A stretch of DNA of 64,000 nt from an uncultured Pseudomonadota bacterium (GCA_963770835.1 CAVYRH010000004.1:544001-608000), one strand, 5' to 3'. Shown: positions 19,492 through 30,233, numbered from the stretch's first letter. Numbers and translations are program-made. The notes: a model not told the origin generated them from the letters alone.

Positions 19492-20823
19492 TTAATATAG
19501 AGAACCTTCGCGTCTTTCAGCGAAAAGGCGGTAATCCCTGGCTTCAATGGCTTTAGCCATTTGGCCGTGGTTGCGCGCGTAAAGGGAGTCCCCGGATTCA
19601 ATGTTTTTCAAAGTGTATCCCGCCTGAAACCAAACCACGCAGAGGATGAAGACCCAGCCCAAAATCCGGCACCACTTCCATTGAGTTAAATAATCCCAGC
19701 AGTAGAAGGAGTAAAGAAACAGGACGGGAAAAAACAGAAGGATCCGGAAAGACGCCGCCATGTCAGGGGTGAAAAGAAAGCAGCCGTAAATAATCAAAAA
19801 AGTTAGTCCGGCCATGGTTTTAACCGCCTTCCAGTCCTGCCGGGGATGATTGGGGGCAAAGAAGAGGGCCAACAGGGCCAGGACCTGAAAGAACCATGCC
19901 CCCCAAAGAAAAAAGCCGGGCAGTGCTAACCAGGGTGAATGAAACAGGTAAGCCATTCGTTGGCGTGTGTGTTCACCGATGAAGCGGGCCATCTCGAAAC
20001 TGGCGATGGAAAGGAAGCGGGCCAAGGTGCCCAAAAGGTCTTTTGCGTTGTTCCATTCGACGCCGGACATGAATCCGTGGATATCCTTGCCGGTGTTAAA
20101 TCCGTACAGCGCATAAGTGGGAAGGACCAAGGCAAGCATGGGCAGGGATCCCAGGAAAGCGAAAAGAACGCAGGAAAGGTTCTTCGCCACGCGTATTTGA
20201 AAATAAAAAGAGACTAGGAGAAAAGGTACCATCGCCACCCAGGACATGTGCAACTGCATCACCCAGCCGAGGCCGAAACCCATCCAGGCGTTGGCCCAAG
20301 CGGGGCGGAGAAAACCGATGGAAAGGGCTGGGATGGTCTCGAAAAACCCTAGAAAAAACAAAACGCTTCCCAAGAAAGCAAAGGAGGGATTGATGACCTG
20401 GGTGGAGTAGTGGGTGAGCCAAGGCGCCAGATAAACCCAGGTAAAAAGGAAACCGGGTGAAAAGCCGGGCAGGCGTCGGACGCAGTACCAGGCCAAAAGG
20501 GTCAAAGCGAAAAAGGATAAAAAGTTCAAGAAGAAGTAAGGAGATTCCGGCGCCGGCCATATTTTGAGGGGAAGGGCGATCAGAAGGCCTTCCAGCGCGC
20601 CCGGCATTTGGGTCTTAAAGGAGGTTTCCGGTCCTTGGACATCGGGGCCATAGTAAGGCCAGGCCTGGGTGGTATAGGCCTTCAGGCCGATGGCATAGGT
20701 TTGGGTGTAATCCTCAGTGGCGGTGACTTCCGGGCAATAGAGCCCGAAGAGGAAACGGAAGAGGAACGCAAACAAAAGGAAGGCCGAGATTTTCAACCAT
20801 TGGGAAAGGGCTCCAGCCTTCAA
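19492..20823 (-). CDS. Polytopic membrane protein, GT-C-like glycosyltransferase (paralog 3)
   Basis: 'EDYTQTYAIGLKAY..WPYYGPD', 'QMPGALEG', 'AERREGSLY'. Confidence 0.6.
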   Translation of the reverse strand: MKAGALSQWLKISAFLLFAFLFRFLFGLYCPEVTATEDYTQTYAIGLKAYTTQAWPYYGPDVQGPETSFKTQMPGALEGLLIALPLKIWPAPESPYFFLNFLSFFALTLLAWYCVRRLPGFSPGFLFTWVYLAPWLTHYSTQVINPSFAFLGSVLFFLGFFETIPALSIGFLRPAWANAWMGFGLGWVMQLHMSWVAMVPFLLVSFYFQIRVAKNLSCVLFAFLGSLPMLALVLPTYALYGFNTGKDIHGFMSGVEWNNAKDLLGTLARFLSIASFEMARFIGEHTRQRMAYLFHSPWLALPGFFLWGAWFFQVLALLALFFAPNHPRQDWKAVKTMAGLTFLIIYGCFLFTPDMAASFRILLFFPVLFLYSFYCWDYLTQWKWCRILGWVFILCVVWFQAGYTLKNIESGDSLYARNHGQMAKAIEARDYRLFAERREGSLY

Positions 20824-20833
20824 GAAGATGGCC

Positions 20834-21766
20834 TTATTTAAGCGCCTTCATGGTTTCCCGGATAAGGTCCGCGGATTTCTCGACCATCTTGCGCTCTCCC
20901 GGCTCCAGGGGAATTTCAATGATCATTTCCAAACCCTTACGGCTCAGCTTTCCGAGAACGCCGAAGTACATTTCCTTCAGCCCGTATTCGCCGTCCAAAT
21001 AGGCAGAACAGGGAACCACCATCTTTTTGTCCTTGAGGATGGCTTCCACCATGGAGCCGGCCGCGGCACCGGGAGCGTACCAGGCGGAAACGCCGAGGAG
21101 ATTCACCAGTTCCCCCCCCCCCTTACGGGTGCGCTCCACAATGGCGTCCACTTGCTCGGGCTTTAGGATATTGGAAATGGGCACTCCCGCGATGGTGGAA
21201 TAACGCACGAGGGGGACCATCTCATCGCCATGGCCGCCGATGACGGAGGCATGCACGTTTTCCACGGCCACGTCGGTGGCGGCCGCCAAAAAGGCGCGCA
21301 TGCGGGCCGAATCCAGGACACCGGCCTGACCGATGACGCGGTGCTTGGGAAGGCCGGAAGCCTTGTAGGCCACGTAGCACATGGTGTCCAGCGGGTTGGT
21401 GACGACGATCAGGATGACGTTGGGGGAGGAAGCCACGATTTTCTTGGTCACATCGGCCACGATGCCCTGGTTGATGGCCACCAGGTCCTCCCGGCTCATG
21501 CCAGGCTTGCGGGGTACACCCGCCGTGATGACACAGATGTCCGAGTTGGCCGTGTCGGCGTAATCGGTGGTGCCGGTCAATCGGGTGTTGTAACCGGAGA
21601 TGGGCCCCACTTGCTGCATGTCCAGGGCTTTGCCCTTGGGCATGTCCTTGGTGGCGGGAATGTCGAGAAGGACGATATCCCCCAAATCCCTTTCGGCCAT
21701 CCAGGCGGCGCAGGAAGCGCCGACGTTGCCGGCTCCGACCACGGTGATTTTGGGACGATTGGACAT
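20834..21766 (-). CDS. mdh: Malate dehydrogenase (LDH-like)
   Basis: GAGNVG, TAGVPRKPGMSREDL, VTNPLD, GVLDSAR, GGHGD. Confidence 0.95.
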   Translation of the reverse strand: MSNRPKITVVGAGNVGASCAAWMAERDLGDIVLLDIPATKDMPKGKALDMQQVGPISGYNTRLTGTTDYADTANSDICVITAGVPRKPGMSREDLVAINQGIVADVTKKIVASSPNVILIVVTNPLDTMCYVAYKASGLPKHRVIGQAGVLDSARMRAFLAAATDVAVENVHASVIGGHGDEMVPLVRYSTIAGVPISNILKPEQVDAIVERTRKGGGELVNLLGVSAWYAPGAAAGSMVEAILKDKKMVVPCSAYLDGEYGLKEMYFGVLGKLSRKGLEMIIEIPLEPGERKMVEKSADLIRETMKALK

Positions 21767-21947
21767 AAGGTCCTCCTTCATGGAATGGGAAATAGGATTA
21801 AAACGGGCGGCGAGGGATTAGTCTAGCGAAAGCCTTCCAGGCTGTCTAGGAAGGCCCTTTGATTCAATGTTTCCGGTTCCTATCCTAAACTTGACATATG
21901 CTGGGGGCCTCGGTAGTTTGGGGCCACTCCGCGTTCCAGGTGAAAAA

Positions 21948-22493
21948 ATGAGCGATCCAATCCAACCAAAAGGTTTCACCCTCTGGTTCACGGGCCTGTC
22001 AGGGTCCGGGAAATCCACCATCGCCGAGCGGGTCGCCCTGAAGCTGGAACGAAAGGGCATTCCCGTTGAAATCCTGGACGGGGACGTGGTGCGCACCCAT
22101 CTTTCCAAGGGCCTCAGTTTTTCCCGCGAGGACAGGGATGAGAACATCAAACGCGTGGGCTTCGTATGCCAACTTCTGACCCGGAACGGGGTAGTGGCCG
22201 TCGCTTCCGTCATCTCCCCTTACCGCGAAGCCCGGGAATACAACCGCCAGAAGATCAAGAATTTCGTGGAGGTTTACACCCGGTGCCCCGTGGAGGTTTG
22301 CGAGGAGAGGGACCTGAAGGGGCTCTATCAAAGGGCCCGGGCCGGTGAGATCAAGGGTTTCACGGGCGTGGACGACCCCTATGAGCCGCCCCTCAACCCC
22401 GAGGTTACCTGTAAAACCGATGTCGAATCCGTCGAGGAAAGCGTCGAGAAGGTTCTCAAGAAGCTCGAAGAATTGGGATATATCACCGCATGA
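21948..22493 (+). CDS. cysC: Adenylyl-sulfate kinase
   Basis: [30 protein letters not shown]. Confidence 0.95.
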   Translation: MSDPIQPKGFTLWFTGLSGSGKSTIAERVALKLERKGIPVEILDGDVVRTHLSKGLSFSREDRDENIKRVGFVCQLLTRNGVVAVASVISPYREAREYNRQKIKNFVEVYTRCPVEVCEERDLKGLYQRARAGEIKGFTGVDDPYEPPLNPEVTCKTDVESVEESVEKVLKKLEELGYITA

Positions 22494-24736
22494 GGGAGGA
22501 TGGGGCGGCGCCTTCCCCCTTTTCCCGCCATCCTGATTTCACCGCCGTGGTTTTCCTGCTGGTGGCCGTTCTCCTTCTTTTCAACCGGTTCCTGGACCCC
22601 TCGGGCCATTGGGTGCTTTCCCACGCGGGGGACCTCACGAAACAATTCGTTTGGTGGCGCCAATTCGGTTTCGGGGAACTGAGGAAAGGACACCTTGTCC
22701 TATGGAACCCCCATCTCTTCAGTGGCGCTCCTTTCTTCGGCGGTTTCCAGTCCGCATTGCTTTACCCACCCAACTGGCTCTTCATGGTCCTGCCCCTGGG
22801 TTTTGCCCTCAATTTCAGCATCGCCTTTCACGTCTTCCTGGCCGGCTGGTTTACCTACCTTTGGCTGAAAGGGAGAAACACCCATCCGGCCTCAGCCCTC
22901 CTGGGAGCTTTCATGTTCATGTTCAGCGGAGCCTATTTCACCCGCCTGGCGGTGGGTCAGATCCCCAATCTTTGCACCATGGTTTGGATTCCCCTGGTCT
23001 TCCTGGCCCTCGACCAGTACCGGGATACTGGGGGCCTCAAGTGGATCGGCACCGGGATATTCGCCCTGGCCCTCCAGTTTTTTTCCGGCCATGTCCAGTA
23101 CTGCTATTACACGGGCATGGCGGCTTTCTTTTACGCGCTTTTGACCATGCGATTTACCGACAAAAAGGCCCGTTACCTGATGGGGTTCCTCCTGCTCTAC
23201 ACGGGCGCCTCCCTCTTGGCGGCGGTCCAGCTTTTAGCCGGATGGGACGCGGCCTTTCAAAGCGTGCGGACCCAACATATGTCCCTCGGCTCCCTCGATG
23301 TGGCGGATATGACCGTTGAAAGGGCCTGGTGTTTTTTCATGCCGAACTTTTTCGGAAGCTGGGACAATTATTGGGGTGGGGGCATGTACTGGGAAGGCCA
23401 TCCCTACGTCAGCGTCACGGGTTTTGTCCTGGCCCTCTTTGCCTTGAGAAGCTCGCCCCGGCCGGAAAAAGGGATTTTCGCCGGGCTGGCGTTGTTTTTC
23501 CTCCTGCTTTCCTTCGGCAACCGGACACCCTTGTTTCCTCTTTTCGCAAAATATTTTCCACTCTTTGGAAGCTTCCGGGGCGTGAGCAAATTGAACATTT
23601 TGACCACCATTTGCCTGACAGCGCTGGCGGCCATGGGGTTGGATGAGGTTTTTAAGCGGCCGGAGACCCTTAAAGGCCTTCGGCGGGGAACGACGGCGGG
23701 AGCCGCGGTTTTCGGTTTGGTAGCCCTCCTTTTTTACGCCGCCCCACGCCTGGGTTGGGGCCGGCTCTTCAAACAATTCCTCAGCCATTCCGATGAAATG
23801 GCCTGGAATCTTTTGGCGGCGGGACTGCTCTTGGGGGTGATCGCCTTAACGGCCTTGATGGCCATCCGAAAACCCACTTGGCGTTGGGGGTTTTTGGGCC
23901 TGGTGTTTTTGGAACTTTTTTCTTTCGCTTGGGAAAACCGGCCCAGTTTCGATCTCCAGGCCTTGCGGCAAAAGATCGCCCCGATCCAGCAAACCTACGA
24001 CAGGGACCCGGGCGATTACCGGGTTTGCGTGCAAGGGGGGAATTACACCCTGGGAACCTCGGGCCTGGACATTTGGGGGGAGGATCCCATACTGCCGCTG
24101 CGATATGCCTTGTTCGTCGCCAGGACCGAGAAGCACGATTACGACCACATCATCGATTCGGTTTTTTCCAGCGTGTCCCCCCCGCTGGGGCTATTGCGGC
24201 TCAGGTACGTCTTTTTGCAAGAAGGGGATGAATTCGTCCCTCATCGGACCGGTTTTAAGGAAACGCCCCGGGTTTTTCTCGCCGACCGGTGGGAAGTGCA
24301 GAAATGGGAGGACATCCTGGACAAAATCACAGCGAATGGGTTTGACCCCATGCGGGAGGTGCTGCTCGAGTCGGACCCAGGCCTGGGGCCGCCATCCGGA
24401 AAAATCCAGGGGGATATCGCCGTGAAGGATCTATCCACCGAACAAATCGAAATTACAGCACAAGTTCCCAAGCCGGCAGTGCTGGTGATGACCGACAACG
24501 ACAGTCATGGATGGCGGGCTTTACCTTTGGAAAACTCAGACCAAAAGATTTTTTCGATCCTTCCAGCCTATGGCTTTTTCAGGGCGGTGCCCCTTCAAGC
24601 GGGGCACCAGCATTTTCTTATGGAATACCGGCCTACCGCCTACGTGGTGGGGAAGTGGATTTCCATCATTTCCTGGCTCGTTTTCTTGGGGTTTCTTTTG
24701 TCCCAAGGATCGCCTTACCTTCGGAAAAAGGGGTGA
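22490..24736 (+). CDS. YfhO-family membrane glycosyltransferase-like protein
   Basis: [21 protein letters not shown], '[19 protein letters not shown]'; ATGA overlap with cysC. Confidence 0.75.
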   Translation: MREDGAAPSPFSRHPDFTAVVFLLVAVLLLFNRFLDPSGHWVLSHAGDLTKQFVWWRQFGFGELRKGHLVLWNPHLFSGAPFFGGFQSALLYPPNWLFMVLPLGFALNFSIAFHVFLAGWFTYLWLKGRNTHPASALLGAFMFMFSGAYFTRLAVGQIPNLCTMVWIPLVFLALDQYRDTGGLKWIGTGIFALALQFFSGHVQYCYYTGMAAFFYALLTMRFTDKKARYLMGFLLLYTGASLLAAVQLLAGWDAAFQSVRTQHMSLGSLDVADMTVERAWCFFMPNFFGSWDNYWGGGMYWEGHPYVSVTGFVLALFALRSSPRPEKGIFAGLALFFLLLSFGNRTPLFPLFAKYFPLFGSFRGVSKLNILTTICLTALAAMGLDEVFKRPETLKGLRRGTTAGAAVFGLVALLFYAAPRLGWGRLFKQFLSHSDEMAWNLLAAGLLLGVIALTALMAIRKPTWRWGFLGLVFLELFSFAWENRPSFDLQALRQKIAPIQQTYDRDPGDYRVCVQGGNYTLGTSGLDIWGEDPILPLRYALFVARTEKHDYDHIIDSVFSSVSPPLGLLRLRYVFLQEGDEFVPHRTGFKETPRVFLADRWEVQKWEDILDKITANGFDPMREVLLESDPGLGPPSGKIQGDIAVKDLSTEQIEITAQVPKPAVLVMTDNDSHGWRALPLENSDQKIFSILPAYGFFRAVPLQAGHQHFLMEYRPTAYVVGKWISIISWLVFLGFLLSQGSPYLRKKG

Positions 24737-24772
24737 ACTACCACGGCGGTAGTCTACTTATAATGAGAAACC

Positions 24773-25630
24773 ATGAAGACCGTTGCTGACCTGCACATGC
24801 ATACCAACCATTCGGATGGGACACTCAACCCCACTGAGCTGGCCCGCTTGGCCCACGCCCAAGGCGTGGACGCCGTCGCATTAACCGACCACGACACCGT
24901 GACCGGCATCGCGGAACTGGTGGAAGAAACGAACCGGCTGGGTTTGGAGGCCATCCCCGGGGTGGAGCTTTCCGCCAGTTTTAATCCCGGGACTCTTCAT
25001 ATTCTTGGCTACGGTTTTGATCCTAATGGACCCATTCGTGAAAGGCTGGCCGAATTCCAGAAAGCCAGGGCCGAACGCAATCCCCGAATACTGGAAAAGC
25101 TCAAGTCCGTGGGCATCTCTTTGACCTTGGAAGAGGTCAAGGAAATCTCCCGAGCCCAGGGACAAGTGGGCCGGCCCCATATCGCCCGGGCGATGGAAGC
25201 CAAGGGTTACGTTGAAAGTTATAAGGAAGCCTTTGACAAATACTTGACCAAAGGCGCCCCGGCTTACGTTTCCAAGGCGGCATGGACCGCCCAGGAATGT
25301 ATTGAGATGCTGCACGAATCGGGCGGAGCGGCGGTCATCGCCCACCCCATTCAAATGAAACTCCAGGGAATGGAACTTCGGGCTAAAATAAAAGAGCTAG
25401 CTGAACTAGGTTTGGACGGATTGGAATCGGTGCATCCCGACCACAAACCCGGGGATCGGGAGCTTTTCACGAAATTGGCGGAGGAGTTTGGGCTCTTGAC
25501 CACGGGCGGCAGCGATTTCCACGGCGAGCATAAGCCGGGGGTCCAGTTAGGGCAGGGACGGCCTCCCTATGTTTTCCTGGAACGCTTGAGGAAAGTCATT
25601 CAAAAAAGGCGAAGGGAAGCCGGAAACTAA
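24773..25630 (+). CDS. PHP-domain phosphoesterase (TrpH/YciV-like)
   Basis: DLHMHTNHSDG, ALTDHDT, GRPHIA, GGSDFHG. Confidence 0.9.
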   Translation: MKTVADLHMHTNHSDGTLNPTELARLAHAQGVDAVALTDHDTVTGIAELVEETNRLGLEAIPGVELSASFNPGTLHILGYGFDPNGPIRERLAEFQKARAERNPRILEKLKSVGISLTLEEVKEISRAQGQVGRPHIARAMEAKGYVESYKEAFDKYLTKGAPAYVSKAAWTAQECIEMLHESGGAAVIAHPIQMKLQGMELRAKIKELAELGLDGLESVHPDHKPGDRELFTKLAEEFGLLTTGGSDFHGEHKPGVQLGQGRPPYVFLERLRKVIQKRRREAGN

Positions 25631-25643
25631 GGGCAGGTTTTAA

Positions 25644-26324
25644 ATGGACGAAATCACAGCGGAACAATTATTAGAAAATACCAAAACCTGGAAACCCGAG
25701 GGGGATTTTGAGGCCCGGGTGGATAAACAATTGCGCGCGGCCCAGGCGCCGGAAGGGCTGGTCGGAGATTTGAGCCGGGCCTTTCACCGGTGTTCCGAAA
25801 GCACCTATGGTTACATCCAGTACATCCACGAACTGGCCACCACCAAGGAAATCGACCGGAAAAATTTCCTGCCCCAAGTGGCCCGGCTGGTAGGCTTGGT
25901 GCAGGAGCTCCAAGCCAGCGGGGAGGATTACCGAAAAACATTTCAAAAATACGACGACGTTATGCGGGCCGGCCTTACCCAGGACCATTTCGACACCATT
26001 TATTACGACGCCATCCAGAATATCGACATCCGGGTATTGTTGAAAAAGATCATTGAGGAGGTGGAGGTTGTTCTCCAGTCCTTCTCCATGGTCAGCGGGG
26101 ACCTATCGGGCATCCGGTGCGTCGATCTCTACGAAAGCAGCATCCGGTTCCAACTTTTCCTCCAGTATTTTTTGAACAAAGGGAAGTTTACCCCGGAAGA
26201 ACTGTGGTCCATCCTCTTTGACGTCTTCGACCAGATGGGAGAAATGGAAAACTTCTCCGTGGAGCCGACCGAGGAAGAACTGCGGGAGCTTCACGAAAAA
26301 ATACAGAAATACAAATCCAACTGA
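25644..26324 (+). CDS. Hypothetical acidic alpha-helical protein
   Basis: 226-aa ORF directly after PHP gene; no recognised motif. Confidence 0.6.
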   Translation: MDEITAEQLLENTKTWKPEGDFEARVDKQLRAAQAPEGLVGDLSRAFHRCSESTYGYIQYIHELATTKEIDRKNFLPQVARLVGLVQELQASGEDYRKTFQKYDDVMRAGLTQDHFDTIYYDAIQNIDIRVLLKKIIEEVEVVLQSFSMVSGDLSGIRCVDLYESSIRFQLFLQYFLNKGKFTPEELWSILFDVFDQMGEMENFSVEPTEEELRELHEKIQKYKSN

Positions 26325-26589
26325 AACCCGCGAAAATTTGCCATTCCCTTGAGGTGCACCCTTACGATCCGTTAACCTGCAATAACCAAACTTTCATTAG
26401 GATTTCTTCCAAAAAAGACAGCTAACAATTTATGGAACCGCTTTTTCCTAACGAGGTTTTAGGAGTTACCCGTTTAACTTCGCCAACTCAAATTGATATT
26501 CTCAATTTATTGCGAATATAATAAGCCCCTCACTACGAGTAGTTGTTTTTGACTTTTAAAATAATTTATTTAAGGAAGATCTTCCGGCA

Positions 26590-27630
26590 ATGGCCACACT
26601 CGAATCGGTCTATAAAAGGGCACATACCTCCAAAGTCTCCGTTTTCTTTTTCCTGATCCTCCTCATGCTCTCGGTGACGGCGGGAGAATTGGTTTGGACC
26701 CTTCGCCACAACCTTAGGGAGTCCCTCGTGGTCGGCGGCGTAGCCCTCTTCTTCTTCTGTATTTGGTGGTTTTTCTTCCAATGGCAAAGCAAAGTGACCT
26801 GGCTCTGCCGCCTTCAAATGATTTTCCTGGGTGCGGGCACCCTTCCGAACGATTACCGGCTTTCGGATGACGCCATGCCCTGGGACGTCGCGGAACGCAC
26901 CGATGCGGTGGTCCAAATGGCATCCCAAATGGTTCAAAAAACCCAAAGGGACCTCCAGGCCAACCGGAAAGCCTTGGACAAATATGTCGGGTCCCAGGCC
27001 TCCACACAGATATTGAAGCGGCCGACCACCGGGCTATTGGGCGGGGATATCGAAATGTTGTTCGTCCTTTTCTCAAAAATTCTGGGGTTCAACCAAATGA
27101 CCTCGAAACTGGCCCCGTCGGAAACGGTGGACACCCTAAACAGCCTTTATTCCGCCATGGCCGCCGCCGTGGAAACTCAAGGTGGCGAAATCAACAAATT
27201 CATCGGTGATTCGGTCATGGCCTATTTCAAGCGGCCGGATGGGGACCCATCCCAGGCAGCGGAAAGGGCCGTCGAGGCCGCGATGGACATGCAGAAAAAT
27301 TTCAACTTCCTGACCTCCGAAAACGAGGTCCTGAAGGCCCGGGGCCTGGAACTCGGGTTGGGAGTCGGCATTGTGTCAGGGCATGCCATCCTGGGCAACT
27401 TGGGCTGGCGCCAGCGCATGGAGTTCACCCTGATCGGCGACTCGGTCAACCTTTCCGCCCGCATTTGCGCCATTGCCCCCGCGGGGGAAATCCTGGTGAA
27501 CGAGGAGCTGGCCCAGATGGTCGGCGGTGGGTTCCGGACCGAAACCCGCCCTCCGGTCCAACTCAAGGGAAAAAGTGAAAAGGTCACCACTTATTGCATT
27601 TTGGGTCGAATGGAAACAACCCATGTTTAA
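26590..27630 (+). CDS. Membrane-anchored class III adenylate cyclase subunit lacking the first metal-binding Asp (C2-like)
   Basis: 2 TM; LFSKILGF, KFIGDSVM, EFTLIGDSVNLSAR, LKGK. Confidence 0.85.
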   Translation: MATLESVYKRAHTSKVSVFFFLILLMLSVTAGELVWTLRHNLRESLVVGGVALFFFCIWWFFFQWQSKVTWLCRLQMIFLGAGTLPNDYRLSDDAMPWDVAERTDAVVQMASQMVQKTQRDLQANRKALDKYVGSQASTQILKRPTTGLLGGDIEMLFVLFSKILGFNQMTSKLAPSETVDTLNSLYSAMAAAVETQGGEINKFIGDSVMAYFKRPDGDPSQAAERAVEAAMDMQKNFNFLTSENEVLKARGLELGLGVGIVSGHAILGNLGWRQRMEFTLIGDSVNLSARICAIAPAGEILVNEELAQMVGGGFRTETRPPVQLKGKSEKVTTYCILGRMETTHV

Positions 27631-27660
27631 ATCGATTCCGGGTTTTTAAAGGAGTAATTT

Positions 27661-28758
27661 ATGGCAACCCTTTCCTCGGTGAAGCACAGGGCCGAAACAG
27701 TGATGGTCCCCCTCTTTTTCTTTTTTTTGCTTCTCCTGCTATCCATCGTTGTTGGCCAACTCACATGGCTTTTCACCCAAAACTTACAGCTTTCCATCCT
27801 GTCGGGATCGGCGGCGGCGGTGATTTTTTACGTGTGGTGGTTCCTTTATCAATGGCAAACCAACGTGACCTGGTTATGCCGCATCCAGATGATATTTTTC
27901 GGGGCCGGGGCGTTGTCCGCGAATCACGCTTTTATCGACGATGCCCTGCCTTGGACTGTGAAAAAGCGCACGGAGGAAGCCATCAAAACGGCGGAGGAAA
28001 TCATAAAAGGAGCCAGCAAGAACTTGGTCGAAAACCGCCACGTGCTGGATAAATACCTGGGATCCCATGCCTCACAGCAGACGCGCCGGAATCCTTTCGA
28101 AGTCGGGGGGGAAAACCAGGAACAAGAGGTTATTATCCTGTTTTCGGACATCCGGGGGTTTACCGCCATGACCGAAAAACTGACCTCCAAGGAAACGATG
28201 CGGGTGCTCAACCAAATTTATTCCCTCTTGGGTTCCACCCTGGCCAGCTATGGGGGCGAGATCAATAAATTCATCGGGGACGCCATCCTCGCCCACTTTA
28301 AACGGTCGGGAACCAACCCGCGCGCGGAGGCTGAAAAAGTGGTCCAAGCCGCGTTGGAAATGCAGGAAAAGTTCGCCGCCTCGGTCCGCAAGAACAACGA
28401 TTTGAATATCCGCATGGTCAAAATTGGATTAGGAATTGGGATCGCCTCGGGGAAGGCCATCATGGCCAACCTGGGCTCGGAGAACCGGATGGAATTCTCC
28501 GTGATCGGGGACACGGTCAACACCGCGTCCCTTCTTTGCGGCCTGGCGCACGAGGGTGAGGTGCTGATCAATGAGGATCTGGCGCTCCTGGTCACGGACA
28601 AATACCACATGGAATCCCGCATGCCGGTGCAATTAAAAGACAACAAGGAAAGCACCACGCCCTATTGCGTTTTCGGCTCGATGGAAAACCGCGCGAGCAT
28701 CAAACAACCGCCCGCCAATCAAGATAATTTCTTTTCCCTTGAACAGGATAAAAATTAG
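27661..28758 (+). CDS. Membrane-anchored class III adenylate cyclase subunit lacking the transition-state Arg (C1-like)
   Basis: 2 TM; LFSDIRGF, KFIGDAIL, EFSVIGDTVNTASL. Confidence 0.85.
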   Translation: MATLSSVKHRAETVMVPLFFFFLLLLLSIVVGQLTWLFTQNLQLSILSGSAAAVIFYVWWFLYQWQTNVTWLCRIQMIFFGAGALSANHAFIDDALPWTVKKRTEEAIKTAEEIIKGASKNLVENRHVLDKYLGSHASQQTRRNPFEVGGENQEQEVIILFSDIRGFTAMTEKLTSKETMRVLNQIYSLLGSTLASYGGEINKFIGDAILAHFKRSGTNPRAEAEKVVQAALEMQEKFAASVRKNNDLNIRMVKIGLGIGIASGKAIMANLGSENRMEFSVIGDTVNTASLLCGLAHEGEVLINEDLALLVTDKYHMESRMPVQLKDNKESTTPYCVFGSMENRASIKQPPANQDNFFSLEQDKN

Positions 28759-28859
28759 ATGGGTTTTGGCGGGGAAACTGTGTTATTTGTTGCTTTGAGG
28801 CCGGGGTTTTTCTTTGAAATCGGGAGAATTTGAAACTGGAAAAATCAGGACGAATTTTT

Positions 28860-29792
28860 TCAAACCGGTATCGTTAGACCCTCGTAAGCGCAAATGGAGT
28901 TCGTGAAAAGTTTCTTGGCGGCTTCTTCCTTCTTGGCGACGGCCGCGTCGTCATGGTTAGGGTCATGGTGGTAAAGCACCAACTGCTTGACCCCGGCTTC
29001 CTTGGCCACAAAACAAGCCATCTCAGGTGTTGAGTGCCCGAAACCCTGGGTGGGGACGGGCCCCGTATACTGTTCCACGGTGTATTGGGCGTCGTGGATT
29101 AAGACATCCGCGCCCCGCGCAAATTGAATCAGCCTTTTGTCCCCCTCTTGGTAACCCTCGATATCCGTCGCGTAAACAATGGATTTTCCGGCATATTGAA
29201 GCTTGTAAACCAGGGTCCCGTTTTTGGGGTGGTTGTAGGCCCGGTACTGGCTCACGATGACCTTGTCCTTGAATGTGGCCTTGAAATCCGTCTGCAAGTT
29301 GACCAGTTCAGCCTCACCCCCCTCGGCCAGGAGAACTTGGTCGAATTGCTTAAGGGTCGAGATCTTTTTCAGGGAGTGGGTTTCCTTCAGGTCGATGGGA
29401 AAGAACATTTGGTCCATCATCATATCCAGCACGTAATCCAGGCCCGTCTTCGACCCGACGGGGCCGTAAACCGAGGGCCCGAAGATCGAAAGGGAGGTGT
29501 CGCCGATATAAAGGGGCGGGAAAAAGGGAAGGCCCATGACATGGTCGTGATGGGTGTGGGAAATAAGGATTGTCACGGCCAAGCGCTTCATCTTGTCGCG
29601 GTTGGCGAAGAAATTGCGCACCAATTGCTGGCCCGCGCCGATGATGCCGGTTCCGGCGTCCAGGAAGATGGTGTGGTCCAGGACGTTGACCTGGACGCAG
29701 GAGGAATTGCCCCCGATTTTGAGCGTGGAAGGTCCGGGAACCGGGATGCTTCCGCGCACCCCCCGGAACGTAATCGTGAAATCGTGAGCCAT
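28860..29792 (-). CDS. MBL-fold metallo-hydrolase (possible cyclic-nucleotide phosphodiesterase)
   Basis: GVRGSIPVPG, LDAGTG, HTHHDH, DAQYT, GHST, HHDP. Confidence 0.85.
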   Translation of the reverse strand: MAHDFTITFRGVRGSIPVPGPSTLKIGGNSSCVQVNVLDHTIFLDAGTGIIGAGQQLVRNFFANRDKMKRLAVTILISHTHHDHVMGLPFFPPLYIGDTSLSIFGPSVYGPVGSKTGLDYVLDMMMDQMFFPIDLKETHSLKKISTLKQFDQVLLAEGGEAELVNLQTDFKATFKDKVIVSQYRAYNHPKNGTLVYKLQYAGKSIVYATDIEGYQEGDKRLIQFARGADVLIHDAQYTVEQYTGPVPTQGFGHSTPEMACFVAKEAGVKQLVLYHHDPNHDDAAVAKKEEAAKKLFTNSICAYEGLTIPV

Positions 29793-29932
29793 TCAGCTCC
29801 TTTAAAAATGCAGGTTCAGGCCGACAATATTGACCATTATTTCTAAAAAAAGAAGGTTTTGCAACGATTTAGCCCTTTGAAACCACAGGGAAGTCTTAAA
29901 CACTTCACACCTCAAGCTATTCATGGGAGCTT

Positions 29933-30154
29933 TTAAGGTTCCCAGAGCGCCCGGGCCCCGCAGTTTTCGCAAAGAGGGGCGTTTTCACCCGCCTTGAGAT
30001 AAACACTGACCGTCCGGTTTTCCTCGGCGCAGGTCACGCAGAGATGGGGGCCGGTGTAGAGTATCTTCTCTCCCGGCTTTCGAGGGGAAATGTCGATGTT
30101 CATTTTATTTTTATTGTCCGGGTCCAAGGGGGTTCCGGAAGGCAAGGTTTCCAT
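29933..30154 (-). CDS. Small zinc-ribbon protein
   Basis: CVTC and CENC pairs; GGAG RBS. Confidence 0.6.
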   Translation of the reverse strand: METLPSGTPLDPDNKNKMNIDISPRKPGEKILYTGPHLCVTCAEENRTVSVYLKAGENAPLCENCGARALWEP

Positions 30155-30178
30155 TTCGGTTCTTGTTCTCCAAAAAAT

Positions 30179-30210
30179 AAAAAAGCCCCGTCGCTGAGAG
30201 GCGGGGCTTT
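30179..30210 (-). terminator. Terminator after aconitase
   Basis: AAAAAAGCCCCGTC...GGCGGGGCTTT. Confidence 0.7.
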
Positions 30211-30233
30211 AGCCGAATCATTTTCCCGGCGCG

